Below, piece by piece: positions 13,590-25,380 of a stretch of DNA of 64,000 nucleotides. A program made the position numbers and the translations under genes. Every line of letters begins with the position of its first letter. The first letter of the stretch is position 1. Source of the stretch: Heterodontus francisci (taxonomy: Eukaryota). The DNA is taken from assembly GCF_036365525.1 (NCBI RefSeq), contig NC_090385.1, forward strand, positions 11,913,658 to 11,977,657. The letters are read 5' to 3'. The notes beneath the pieces are model-generated. The model made no database searches. It had not been told where the DNA came from and saw only the letters and a list, made by a program, of their open reading frames with translations.

Positions 13590-13676
13590 GGCATGGTTCC
13601 TTTTGTGTTTGTTGGAACAAAGGAGAGCATAAGCAATGCACGTGTTCTATTGGATTACCATCTGAATTACTTAAAG
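13590..13676 (+). CDS. FMR1: FMR1 exon (human exon 13 equivalent), end of KH2
   Basis: tttcag|...AAG|gtaaga; 87 nt; [29 protein letters not shown]; joins the exon 10 equivalent in phase 0. Confidence 0.96.
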
Positions 13677-13929
13677 GTAAGAGCTGAAAGTTCCCTTAAC
13701 AGGACTGTGCTGATGGTTACTTTTTGAAATTTTAGCTTCTTTAAGTTTCTGTTGTTGACACTTAATGGAGGTGGGAATGTTTTGCTGATATATTGTCAAA
13801 AGTGAATAAAGTAGGTCAGATTAATCTCCTTTAACCAAATTTGATTTAACTATTTCCTCTTCTCAGTTTCTATGGTTTACCTGTGTGGATAGACAGTGCT
13901 GAAGGGTTTTCCATCCTACTCTGGCCTAT

Positions 13930-14605
13930 CCTTTGCTGACCCCATACGATGTTCCAATGAAGCTCAATGCAAACTAGAGGAACAACATCTCAGCTTTCTA
14001 CTGGGCACTTATAAAGCCTCCGGTCTCAACACAGCTTAACATGCTTTAAACCTTGAGCACCACTCCCATGGGCGAGCAGGTTCTGTTAGTGGAAGATGGC
14101 TGCACCAGAGTCGCTGGGAGTGGAGGAGGAGTAGGCTGCTACTTGGATTGAGGAATCTCCTATTTAATACACTGCCGGCTGGGTGGTCCACACCCTCGGG
14201 GTCTACCCACTTTTTTACGCCATGTTCCCAGGCCAAGGGAGACTTCTCCTTGCCTGATTTTTCCATGAGTCCCTCCTTTGCTATATTGCTGAAACCATTT
14301 ACACCTCCTCTGGACTCATCTTTTGTGTCTTAACTTGTCTTGTTACTGCCGCCTTTTGCTTTGCACTATCACTTTTGTCGTTTAATCACTCCTACCCTTC
14401 AGTCTGTCACAGATCTTGCCCTATGTTCTTTCCTCCCCCTTTTCCCTGACTGTATTTTCTAATAACTTTGCCCAAATGAAAGGTCATCGATCCAAAATGC
14501 TAACTCTGTTTCTTTCTTCACAGATGCAGCCTGAGCTGCTGAGCTTTTCTAGCATTTTCTGTTTTTATTTCAGGTTTCCGACATCCGCAGTATTTTGCTT
14601 TTGCT
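13930..14605 (+). mobile_element. Degenerate Penelope-like 3' end and pLTR
   Basis: CAATGAAGCTCAATGCAAACTAGAGGAACAACATCTC (GIY-YIG C-terminus) followed by pLTR-like CAGATGCAGCCTGAGCTGCTGAG...TATTTTGCTTTTG. Confidence 0.6.
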
Positions 14606-14751
14606 AAATGACATAACATTTTTGTTGCGCTTTTTTTATTTCTTTATCAGGTATTTGGCTGTATACTTGTATTGAAATCTAACCTCAGTAAATTACCCAT
14701 TTTTTATCCTAATGTGACTTCTGTTTCCTAACCTTAACTCAATTATATATA

Positions 14752-16210
14752 GCATAGAGTATAGAAACAAGGAAGTTATGCTAAACCTGTATAAAACACT
14801 GGTTCAGCCTCAGCTGGAGTATTGTGTCCAGTTCAGGACACCACACTTTTGGAAGAATGTCGTCAGGTAAACCCCGCATCCGCATTTCGCCGCATGAACA
14901 TCAAAACTTAAAATTGCAAGCCCCTGACTGGAAGGGCATTTGTCTAGTGCTAGCAGTGTTGGAACAAAAGAGACCCAGTAGTTACTTCCCCAATACACAG
15001 AAGTGGTCAGACCAGTTTTAGTCTCATGACTAACTGGCTGTTGCAAAGAATTTGAACTTCCAACAACAGATTTTGAAGAGACTGTGCCACATAAGTAGCT
15101 ACTCACATGACTAACCTGCTGGGCTACCTGGGAGTTTTTTTGCATTTAACTCCCAACAAAGGAATTGGAGCAGAGAACGCCGTGTGCTCATGGACTGAGA
15201 ACATCTCCTCTCCTGTCTGCCTGCCTCCATCTCTTTCCCACGGAACTGAATCTTGTGAAGACACGTAAACTCAAAGAGAGAACAGTCTCCTACGTGAACA
15301 AGGTTTAAGATAAATACTAGACCCCAACGAAATCCAAGACCATATCTTCAATCAAGTACTACAGCAAGTTCGAGAAACAGTAACAAGATATTGCCTCAAA
15401 CTGTTCTACTTATCTTTTCTTCTCTTTTCTGTCCCTATTTGCGTGTGTAACGTGGGCGCATCATCTATCTGTAGGCGTTAACCGCATTAGAGTTTAAGTT
15501 AAAGGTTTAATAAATTTCATCTTCTTTAAACCACAGAAAGCCTGTTTGTGCTCATTTCTTTGCCTTATAATTGGAAAGTTATGAACAAGGATTCACAAAG
15601 GGGGAGCTCAAAACATAGTGTGTTTAAAATTAAACCCTGTTACAATAAGACCAGGTGAAGATAGTAACAGACCCCTAGACATTGCGCACCTAGTCGTAAC
15701 AATATTAAGGCATTAGAGAGGGTGCAGAACAGATTCACAAGAATGATTCCAGGAATGAGGAACTTCAGTTATGTGGATAGGTTGGCGAAGCTGGGTCTGT
15801 TCTCCTTGGAGGAGAAGATTAAGAGGTGATTTGATAGAGGTGTTCAAAATCACGAGGGGTCTGGACAGAGTAGATAGGGAGAAACTGTTCCCACTGGCCA
15901 AATGATCCAGAACCAGAGGACACTGATTTAAGGTGATTGGCAAAAGAAACAACAGCAGCGTGACAAAAAACATTTTTACCCAGCGAGTGGTTAGGATCTA
16001 GAATGTACTGCCTGAGAATGTGTTGGAGGCCGATTCAATCGAGGCCTTCTAAAGAAAACTGGATTATTATCTGAAGAGAAAAAATATGCAGGGTTACTGG
16101 GAAAAAGCAGGGGAATGGGATTAGTTGACTTCTTGCAGTGAGCCAGCACAGACATGATGGGCCGAATGGCCTCTGTCTGAGCAGTAACCATTCTCTGATT
16201 CTATTCTATG
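14752..16210 (+). mobile_element. CR1 LINE 3' fragment split by a solo LTR
   Basis: CR1 RT (LYKTLVQPQLEYCVQF) at 14752-14857 resumes at 15702 (ALERVQNRFTRMIPGMR); tail ends in ATTCT repeats. Confidence 0.8.
14858..15701 (+). mobile_element. Putative solo LTR
   Basis: 844-bp insert with TG...CA termini (TGTCGT...GTCGTAACA) that cleanly interrupts a CR1 sequence; internal AATAAA; no clear TSD. Confidence 0.6.
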
Positions 16211-16972
16211 AATTATAAAAAGTCAAAATCCATTATACATTAAAAAGCCATGGGGGTGGTGGCTACGACCTTGCATGTAGCACTTTGCACATCGGTAGGT
16301 GGTGCTCAGATAAGGCATTATAAGCTTAAAATGTGGTGCTTCTTTCAAAAAAATTGATTTAAAAGTAAGCAGTGAAGCAAAATGTCCTTGGCAGTCTCCA
16401 AGTGATTTTAACACAGTCCTCTAGATGGCTCCAAAGGAGCATCACTTCTGGTTTCTTAAAGATTAGGAAATGCAATAACTACAAATCAAATTTAAACTAG
16501 GTCACTCTTATCTTTTAAAAGACACATTTTTTGACTGCACTCTGCTGAGTGTGTGTTCAAGTCCTGCTGTGTTGTTCCACTGGCCACGCACCATCCCACC
16601 AAATGCAATGACTCCTCCCACAGTTGTGTTTTTTCAGTCCTGTGGGCTGATCCTAATTCTGTCCCTCACCATGTGTGCTAATGGGCCTGTGAAGCCAATT
16701 TTAGCTCAGTCTTGGGAGATTTTTTGAAGTTGCAGTCCATTATCCATCTGGAAAAGATTTGAAATGTTGACCTAAACCCCATCACTTCAAGGAATGTAAA
16801 CCAGGCCCTTACCCAGCTTCTGCTGTGACAGTTTATTGTCTGCTCCTGAATGTGGTAGTTGTCCTATCTTTGTTGTTCCCACTTGCTTATGTTCTTATGT
16901 TAGAACCATAGAAAAATTACAGCACAAAAGGAGGCCATTCAGCCCATCGTGTCTGTGATGGCCAAAAACTAG

Positions 16973-17300
16973 ATGTTCCCGCCCTATCTCCTTTTCCATG
17001 ACCTCATCTCCAGCAGTCTCCTCTTCCTTTCCTGCTCAAAATCTCCATCCCTTTTTCTTCCTCCCTCTCACTTCTTCCACTTCTGTATGCCTCCATCTCT
17101 TCGTTGCCACCTCCATCCTCCCTTTACCATGCTACTCCTCATCGCTGTCTTTCCATTTCCCTGCATTTCCATCCCCTTCTTCCTCTCACCAGTCAGCCTC
17201 CCTCTGCCCTCTTCATTTTTGACATCAAACCTCTCACTCCCTCTTCCACATGCTCTTTTCACATTTCGCTTGAACCTTCTCTTTTCCTCTTCTATTCTGA
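16973..17300. repeat. CT-rich low-complexity tract
   Basis: About 330 bp strongly pyrimidine-biased on the + strand. Confidence 0.7.
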
Positions 17301-18589
17301 AGTTAACTGATGCTGCCAGTGTTTATCTGATTTGGAGTTTTGCATCCTTTCACAGATGTTAATATACATTTTTTTTCCTGAGGAAAATTGCATCTTCCCT
17401 GAATGTTATTTTCCACGTGTTTTAAGGCTGTCACTTGTATGCAAGTCCGTGATGTGAAAATTTACATTAAATAATGAATAAACAACATGAGGGCTACAGC
17501 ATTTCTAAAAGTAAAATTGAGATTTTTTTTTTCTTTCTCCAATCTGCACCATGGGCTTTCTGCTTCCCTAATTACAAGCTGAGGTTTTTTGGATCGAAAA
17601 AAATTCCACCCCCTAATATTCAAACATTAAACACCTGGATCCTCAATAATCTTAGCCCCCTGGTAACCATGTGGGTGTGGTGGCTGAGGCTTCCCTTTGC
17701 TATTCTGCATTTTCTCAGTTCAGTTAGGGTAGTTCTTTTGCATATCTTTGTTATCTGAGCGTCAGAAGCAAGTTTGTATGCAGGGTTTGTACTACTGCTC
17801 AAGTTCGTCTGATGAGCAAGAGAAGGCATAAATGTATCCTGTTCACAATATGGACCACAATTCCATCACTTGTCCTGTGACCTGTTTCTGTCCTGTAGAG
17901 CAGATTCCAGTAAGGAGACATAGACTAAGAAAGCGTTCTTCTCTTCCTACCACTCCCTACCCCATCATTTACTTCCTGCAATTTTCTCCCTTTTTTTTCT
18001 CAAGTAGCCATTCTTTTCCTTTGAAGCCAGTAAGAATCAGCAGGCTGTGCTTCCACAGGGGTCATCACAACCGAGCCTGAACCTTTCATTTCCCCGACGT
18101 TCATATATAAGTGCGCACTCAGCAGTGTGATGGTCAGCATAGAGAACACTAATGAGTTTTAATTCTTTTCATACTTTGCCCTACCCACATCCTGCAGCCT
18201 TAATTGACGGTTGCTGAAATCTGTAAAAATACTACAAATGGATGATTTGTACTTCCTTGCCAGTCGCACACATTCCAGGCATAAGTTTCAAATGAGACCT
18301 TTCAGCTGGCTGGATTGACATGAGCTAACTGGGAGTTTCCTAGCTTGTGTGGCTTAGTTACTTATTACCTTAACCAGCTAAATCATTGGGGAGCCTCCTC
18401 ATTCTCTGGAAGATAAAACAGACCAGAAATATCCTTCAGTGAGGCTGCTGAAGTTATCTGATTTCCCCATCCATTTGTACCACATGTTGTATACAATAAA
18501 CTACAGATAGTAAGGCTGATGGAAATTTCATCTCACTATAACCTGTGGAAATGGCTGATCGCACACACTTCCTGCACCAGTTATTGTTT

Positions 18590-19310
18590 TTTTTAATTCT
18601 TTCCTGGGCATCGGCGGCAAGGCCAGCATTTGTTGTCCATCCGAATTACCCCTCAGCAGGCGGTGGTGAGCTGCCTTTTTGAACCGCTGCAGTCCATGTG
18701 GGTGGGTACACCCACAGTGCTGTTCGGTCAAAATCCTGGAACTCCTTCCTAACGACAGTGAAGGAACGGCGATATAATTCCAAGTCGGGATGGTGTGTGG
18801 CTTGGAGGGGAACTTGCAGGTGGTGGTGTTCCCATGCGTCTGCTGTCCTTATTCTTCTAGATGGTAGAGGTTGTGGGTTTCGAAGGTACTGTCGAAGGAG
18901 CATTGATGAGTTGGTGCAGTGCCACTTATCAGCCCAAGCCTGAATGTTGTCTAGGTCTAGCTGTATGCAGGCATGAACTACTTCAGTATCTGAGGAGTCG
19001 CGAATGGTACTGAACACTATGCAATCTTCATTGAACATCCCCACTTCTGGCCTTATGATGCAGGGAAGGTCATTGATGAAGCAGCTGAAGACGGTTGGGT
19101 CTAGGACACTCACCTGAGGAACTACTGCAGTGATGTCCTGGGCTAAGATGATTGGCCTCCAACAATCACAACCATCTCCCTTTCTGTTAGGTATGACTGC
19201 AACAATGGAGAAATTTCCTCCGATTCCATTGACGTCAGTTTTGACAGGGCTCCTTGATGCCACACTGGGTCAAATGCTGCCCTGATGTCAAGGGCAGTCA
19301 CTTGCACCTC
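18590..19310 (-). mobile_element. CR1/L2-superclade LINE 3' fragment (same family as 54236-57010)
   Basis: ORF 18646-19263 has VPQVSVLDPTVFSCFINDLP and LDNIQAWADKW RT motifs. Confidence 0.8.
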
Positions 19311-20919
19311 CGTGCTGCTTCAAGTGAAATGTGCTGATGCTGAAGGATCAGACATGGTGTGCACATTCTGCCAGCTTTATATTGGGTACAAGTATCAGTG
19401 AATATGGAACAGTAACAGATAAATGGAGTTGAGATACAGATCAGGCATGATCTAATTGAATGGCAGAACTGGAATGAGGGCCTGTATGGCCTAATCCTGT
19501 TCCTTTGTTCCTAAAGGTCACATCCCTAACTACCTCAAACCTTCCTCATAATTTTGATCAATTTATGGCACCTGGAATTGTGTCTCAAGGAAGTAATATC
19601 TGTTCAAAAAGGTAATGTCTTTTCTATTATTAATTGATCAGAGTTGCCACAGGTCTTGTACAGCAACAATACCACCGCATTTAATCTGTACTTTGTCACT
19701 CAGCTTAGTAATCTTTGTTGATTTTGTTTTTAAGTACAGATGACTACTGGAAAGCTTAATAGCTTTATCTACCATAACCTCTGGATCTCCTTGCTGATTC
19801 CAGTATAGGAAAACTGTTCAGTTTCATGCATATCCCTTCCAATGATTCCTTGTCCCATTTATCCACACTGAGCTGCGTTTGACACAACTGAAAGATCCAG
19901 ATTTCCTCTGAACTAGCTACATTGTTTCTCCTTATTTGGTCTCCTTCCAGTTTTGCTATCATGTAGGTTTTGCTTACAATGCCTGCATTCAATAGCAAAG
20001 ACCCAATACCTGTTTCCTCCTGTCCAGGCTGAGCTTTCAAGCTTGAGAAGTTTCTTTTGATAGCTGTTGCCTTTTAAGCCACTTTAAAGCCAATCCTCTA
20101 TCCAGCGATTATACTTTCATCTCTTGTTCTATAATTCCTTAGAACAAGCAATATAGGACCTATTGAAATCTTCTGAAATCCAAGTACAAACAATTGTCTT
20201 TTACTTGACCATTTTATGTCCTCAAAAAAGTGTTGGGTTATTTCAGCATTGTTTCTCCTTCCTAGCATACAACATTTCTTTAATGTTCATCTTCTAGATC
20301 CATTAGAATTATTGCAATGGTTTTCCCATATTAAAATTACTGATTCTGTCTTGACACTTTAAGTAATGGAGGTTTAATGACCACTTTCCAGCCCTAAATA
20401 TCTCCCGAGTTTTTCATGTAATAAGAGCATCTAACCTATTCATAACCACACCATCTGGCATACAAATTCTAGTCGATTTGGATCAGCAGTGGAAAAAAGC
20501 TAAACTGTTGTCCATCTGCAGAAGCTTCATTACCAAAATGCCTATTTCTAAGGTTATTGCTAAGACTCGATATGTTATCTGGTCAATGGAAGGGGCAAGT
20601 GCAGTTTAATGTTTCATGTCCATTTTGGCACATGTACGTCAGTGGAAGTGGTTCCATATTGTGCCAACCTGAAGAATATTGTCCTGTAGCACTTTTTAAT
20701 TCTATATCTCCTGTGAACTGATTTGCAACAGGTTGGGCCTTGCAGATCTGTTTGCAGAAAACTGTGCCGAAATTTGTCACTCAATTGATGTTAGTGGATG
20801 CATTTCTCTTTCTCATCACACCCCTCCCCCCCAACAGCCCAATTCAGGTAGCCTGAATTATTATCAGCTAAATTAAATTTCAAGAATAAACTGTCCTGCG
20901 AGCATTGGTCAAGTCCCAA

Positions 20920-22014
20920 TTTGTAGGATCTGCAGATCCTGCTATGTGTCACGAGAGTTGTGTTTCTTTTTTAAAAAACTAAAAGGTCTGTGTGCCTTTA
21001 AGACTGAGAAAAAAGAACTTGCTTTGAACACTGAATGCTGACTTGGTGTTTCAAGTGTGCAGGCTGTAAAACTTGTATCCAAACAACAGGATGATTTATG
21101 ACTGTCTTGGAATTGGTTGTTGGAGAGTTTCAATTGCTGCTAGAGGCTTGGCAGGAAGACAGTGAAATTCTAATTTCTTCATGAAGTTAAAAGAACTTTG
21201 AAGAAGTTGCAAACCTAATGTATGGGAGTTAAAACCCTTGTTGCTGTTTATGCCTGAAGTGAGAGAAAAGACCCAAGAAAGAGGAATTGCTGTAGTGTCT
21301 GGAGGAACACTGCTTTGCAGAGAGGAAGTCCCTGCATTTTAAAGGTAACGGGATTTCTACTGCCTCCAGTCTCAAGAATCCCTGCCTCAAGAGTGATTCC
21401 TGTTACCCCTGTGTCGTTTTTGGGAGATCCTGAAATATCAAGAAAGTTTCTACTGTTAGACCACCACATCAAAATTCAAGTAGATCTGTTGCTACACCTT
21501 AAGCTAAAAGATCTGTGTGACACTTGCTGCGGATGAATTGCCTTGCGTGCCAACCCATCACAGATTGTTTATCAAACTCGCCTGGAGAGACTTCAAATAG
21601 TACCTGACTATTCGACTCTGGAACACCTCACTGATCCGTAAATATCCTACCAGAAGTTACAACCCAGTTATTTTATTATTCCTAAGAAGCCGTTGTAAAA
21701 TCAATACATCTGTTTTCCCCGGTTAACTGTTTAGTTTTTGAATGTATGTGTGTGTGCATGAGGGTTAGGAAGAATAAGAAGTTATAAAATCTTTTCATAC
21801 ATATAGATTTATCTCTATCGTTTAAAACTTGGTTTATTAATAGTTAATTTTGTTGTTGTTTAATGAAACCTGGTTTGGTGTGCTTCATTCTGGGGGTAAA
21901 TAAAGTGTTTAATTTGGCTAATTTCCAGTAGGTGAGAAACTTTACTAATATGCTGTGACCTTTGGAGTAGTGAGACTGAATTAACAGTGCATTACTCCCG
22001 CCTTGGTCGTAACA
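20920..22014 (+). mobile_element. Putative solo LTR (left boundary uncertain)
   Basis: Ends in GGTCGTAACA like the 14858-15701 element; a related inverted partial copy lies at 48661-49330. Confidence 0.55.
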
Positions 22015-22074
22015 TATGTAATTACAGTTCTGGTGAATTTAGCCATCCTAAAGGTCTTTGTGTTTTCTGTACAG

Positions 22075-22270
22075 GAAGTTGACCAGCTGCGCATGGAACG
22101 TTTACAAATTGACGAGCAACTTCGGCAGATGGGTGCAGGATTGAGGACCCCTGCAAACCGCCCCGACAAAGAAAGGGGTTACTCGACCGATGAAAGTACA
22201 AGTTATTTGCGTGGAGGCAGACCCTACAGTAGTCGAGGGCGTGGAAGACGAGGCCCAGGCTATGCATCAG
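22075..22270 (+). CDS. FMR1: FMR1 exon (human exon 14 equivalent), nuclear export signal region
   Basis: gtacag|...TCAG|gtttaa; 196 nt; [20 protein letters not shown]...[12 protein letters not shown](G). Confidence 0.95.
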
Positions 22271-22975
22271 GTTTAACATTCTTAATTTATATATACACCC
22301 AGTTTGAGAGAAAAATCGCTATTTCAAACAACAAAGTTTGCAACTGTTAATCATTTGCTGCTGTTAGTTTTCAAAACAATTTTACTTTTTCAAATTCTAA
22401 TAAATTAAACATGCAACTTTTTTTTTAACATCACTATTAGTTACCCAATTAAAAATTCACAAGTGGCAAAAGAGCTTGGATTCTCAACCAGAGATTTGTA
22501 TGTGATATTTGAGTCCCAGCCTCAGTAGTGATCCATCCTACCTGTCCTTATTGTCACAAGATAATTATGGATGAGTAAGGCCATTTGGCCCATCTTCATT
22601 CATCCATCGGAAAGACCATCATTGTGTACTGTCTCGTTAACGGATGGCGACTGTTGTGTTTATGCAGTAGATGGAATGGTTGGCTTATGGTATCACCTGG
22701 TCATCCTATCTTTCTGGCTGGAGAGACTGAGGTGAAGGAAATGGGAGAAAATGTTCAGCTGGGAGGAACTTTGCCATATCAATATCAATGTTTTGGAGCT
22801 ATCACTGTTGTATGTGTAGCTTAAGAAAAACTGGATTGGAATGGGGAGAGCTGCCAAAAAAAATCAAAGGATGAAGTTGGTCTTAATATCTTTTTTTTCA
22901 ACAAGGTTGCTGAGCTGCATTTAAGTGTTTAGTTATGATCCAAGTAAAAATTATTTCAGAAATAAGGGAGCTAAC

Positions 22976-23064
22976 GGCCGTGTGGTCTAATGGATAAGGC
23001 GTCTGACTTCGGTGTATTTCATGAGGTTATCAGAAGATTGTAGGTTCGAATCCTGCCACCGTCA
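22976..23064 (+). tRNA. tRNA-Arg(TCG) with 16-nt intron (23013-23028); possibly decaying
   Basis: GGCCGTGTGGTCTAATGGATAAGGCGTCTGACTTCGG[TGTATTTCATGAGGTT]ATCAGAAGATTGTAGGTTCGAATCCTGCCACCGTCA then TTTT. Full cloverleaf, A and B boxes, anticodon TCG at 23009-23011; C4:C69 mismatch and extra G:U pairs. Confidence 0.85.
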
Positions 23065-23068
23065 TTTT

Positions 23069-23410
23069 GGGGCAGCGCAGTGGTTAGCACCGCAGCCTCA
23101 CAGCTCCAGCGACCCGGGTTTGCTTCTGGGTACTGCCTGTGCGGAGTTTGCAAGTTCTCCCTGTGACTGCGTGGGTTTTTGCCGGGTGCTCCGGTTTCCT
23201 CCCACAGCCAAAGACTTGCAGGTAGATAGGTAAATTGGCCATTGTAAATTGCCCCTAGTTTTAGGTACGTGGTAGGAGAATTGAGGGAAGGTGGGGATGT
23301 AAGGTAATATGGGATTAATGTAGGATTAGTACAAATGGGTTGTTGTTGGTCAGCACAGACTCAGTGGGCCAAAGGGCCTGTTTCAGTGCTGTATCTCTCT
23401 ATGACTCTAA
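23069..23410 (+). mobile_element. HE1-like V-SINE directly after the tRNA-Arg terminator
   Basis: Near-identical to the 2926-3270 SINE; begins right after TTTT at 23065-23068. Confidence 0.85.
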
Positions 23411-23530
23411 ATAGAGGACATTGTGCTTTTTGCACAGTTGCTTACATAATGTGCAATACAGTAGCTTTCATTGAGCGAGGTTTTACAATCCCATAACTGA
23501 TTTTGCTTTTATTTCTTCCTGGCTGTTAAG

Positions 23531-23731
23531 GTAATAACTCTGAAGCGTCCAATGCCTCTGAGACTGAATCTGAGCACAGAGATGAGCTAAGTGATTGGTC
23601 ACTAGCGCCAACAGACGAAGAAAGGGAACCATATTCGCGCCGGGGTGACAGTCGCAGGCGGGGCAGTGCTGGGCGTGGCCGTGGTGGAGGCCGTGGCCGT
23701 GGGAGCAACAAAAATCCATCAACATCTTCGG
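23531..23731 (+). CDS. FMR1: FMR1 exon (human exon 15 equivalent), phospho-Ser region and RGG box
   Basis: gttaag|...TCGG|gtaaat; 201 nt, phase 1-1; [66 protein letters not shown]. Confidence 0.94.
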
Positions 23732-24064
23732 GTAAATGGCGAAAGCATCAGTTCCATTTCTATCATTATCTGCATGCATTTCAGCTGTTAAAGAGAGATT
23801 TACCAGTCTTTTTTGCCAGGTGCATCCAAATGAGGTAGGGTGTCAAGAATATTAAATAAGTGTATATGTAGCTGTTCTTTCAGTTTGAAACTTTGTGTAA
23901 TTTAAATTACCATTGATTAATGTTGCAATCCAAAGGACCTAAATCTGTAAAGTGGACTCTGAATAAGTGTGCAGACTGCAATATCCATTGTGTGGTCTGT
24001 ATGTGTGTCTAGATACCAGTGCTATTTTTTGACAACTGGATAGATGACAATGTCCTTGTCGTAC

Positions 24065-25060
24065 TTGTTGGAGGCCAATCATTTCAGCCCCAGGACATTG
24101 CTGCAGGAGTTCCACAGGGCAATGTCCTAAGCCCATCTTCAGCTGTTTCATCAATGACCTTCCCTCCATCATAAGGTCAGAAGTGGGGATGTTCACTGAT
24201 GATTGCACAACGTTCACCGCCGTTCACAACTCCTCAGATACTGAAGTTGGCCGTGCCTGCATGCAACAGGACCTGGACAACATTCAGGCTTCGGCTGGCA
24301 AGTGACAAGTAACATTTGTGTCACACAAATGCCAGACAATCTTCAACAAGAAAGAATCTTAACTATATCTCCCCTTCGCAATCATCAGCATTGCCATTGC
24401 TGAATCCCCCACAATCAACATCCTGGAGGTTAGCATTGATCAGAAACTGAACTGAACCAGTCATATAAATACTGTGGCTACAAGAGTAGGTCAGACCGAG
24501 GCAGGGAATTCTGCAGTGAGTAACTCACCTCCTGACTCCCCAAAGCCTGTCCACCATCTACATGGCACAAGTAAGGAGTACTGTTCGCTTGTCTGGATGA
24601 GTGCAGCTTCTACAACACCCAAGAAGCTCGACATCATTCAGGACAAAGCAAACACTTGATCGGCACCCCATCCACCACCTTAAACATTCACTCCCTCCGT
24701 CACTGGCACACAGTGGCAGCAATGTGTCCCATCTACAAGCTGCACTGCATCAACTCGCCAAGCCTCCTTCGACACCTTTCAAACCCATGCCCTCTACCAT
24801 CTAGAAGGACAAGAGCAGAAGACACTGCCACCTGCATTTCCCCTCCAAGTCTCCCGCCATCCTGACTTGGACCTATATTGCCGTTCCTTCACTATCACTG
24901 GGTCAAAATTCTGGAACTCCTCCGTAACAGCATTGTGGGTGTACCTACACCAAATGGCTGCAGCGGTTCAAGAATGCAGTTCACCACTACCTTGTCAAGG
25001 GCAGTTGGGGATGGGCAACAAATGCTGGCCTTGTCAGTAACACTCGTATTCCAAGAAGCA
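24065..25060 (+). mobile_element. CR1/L2-superclade LINE 3' fragment
   Basis: GGAGTTCCACAGGGCAATGTCCTAAGCCC...ATCAATGACCTTCCC RT region with a 3' tail shared with 18590-19310 and 54236-57010. Confidence 0.8.
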
Positions 25061-25300
25061 ATAGAAAAATTATTTGCATATGCATAGCTGGATAATATGG
25101 ACACGTTCTGCGACTGGACGATATTGTGTGTGCTTATATAGCTGGGTAACAGTATCATTTTGAGAATTCAACAGATTTAAATTAATTTTGTGTGTGTGTG
25201 TGTGTAGGCTTATCACTAGATGACAAGTGGACAGACTGCTCGAATAATTTTATTTTCTACTGTCCCAATCTGAAATAATTTTTTTTGTTTGGCATTTTAG

Positions 25301-25380
25301 ATGAATTCTTGAGGGCAGACATCCGTAAACGTAATTCATCAAGAGACTCAAAAACCAGGACGACAGATGGCTCATTGCAG
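25301..25380 (+). CDS. FMR1: FMR1 exon (human exon 16 equivalent)
   Basis: ttttag|...CAG|gtaacc; 80 nt; (D)EFLRADIRKRNSSRDSKTRTTDGSLQ; RTTDGSLQ matches the end of human FMR1 exon 16. Confidence 0.93.

Noticed and set aside
16973-17362. 129-aa hydrophobic Leu/Ser/Pro/Phe ORF
   Set aside because: Artefact of a CT-rich low-complexity tract.
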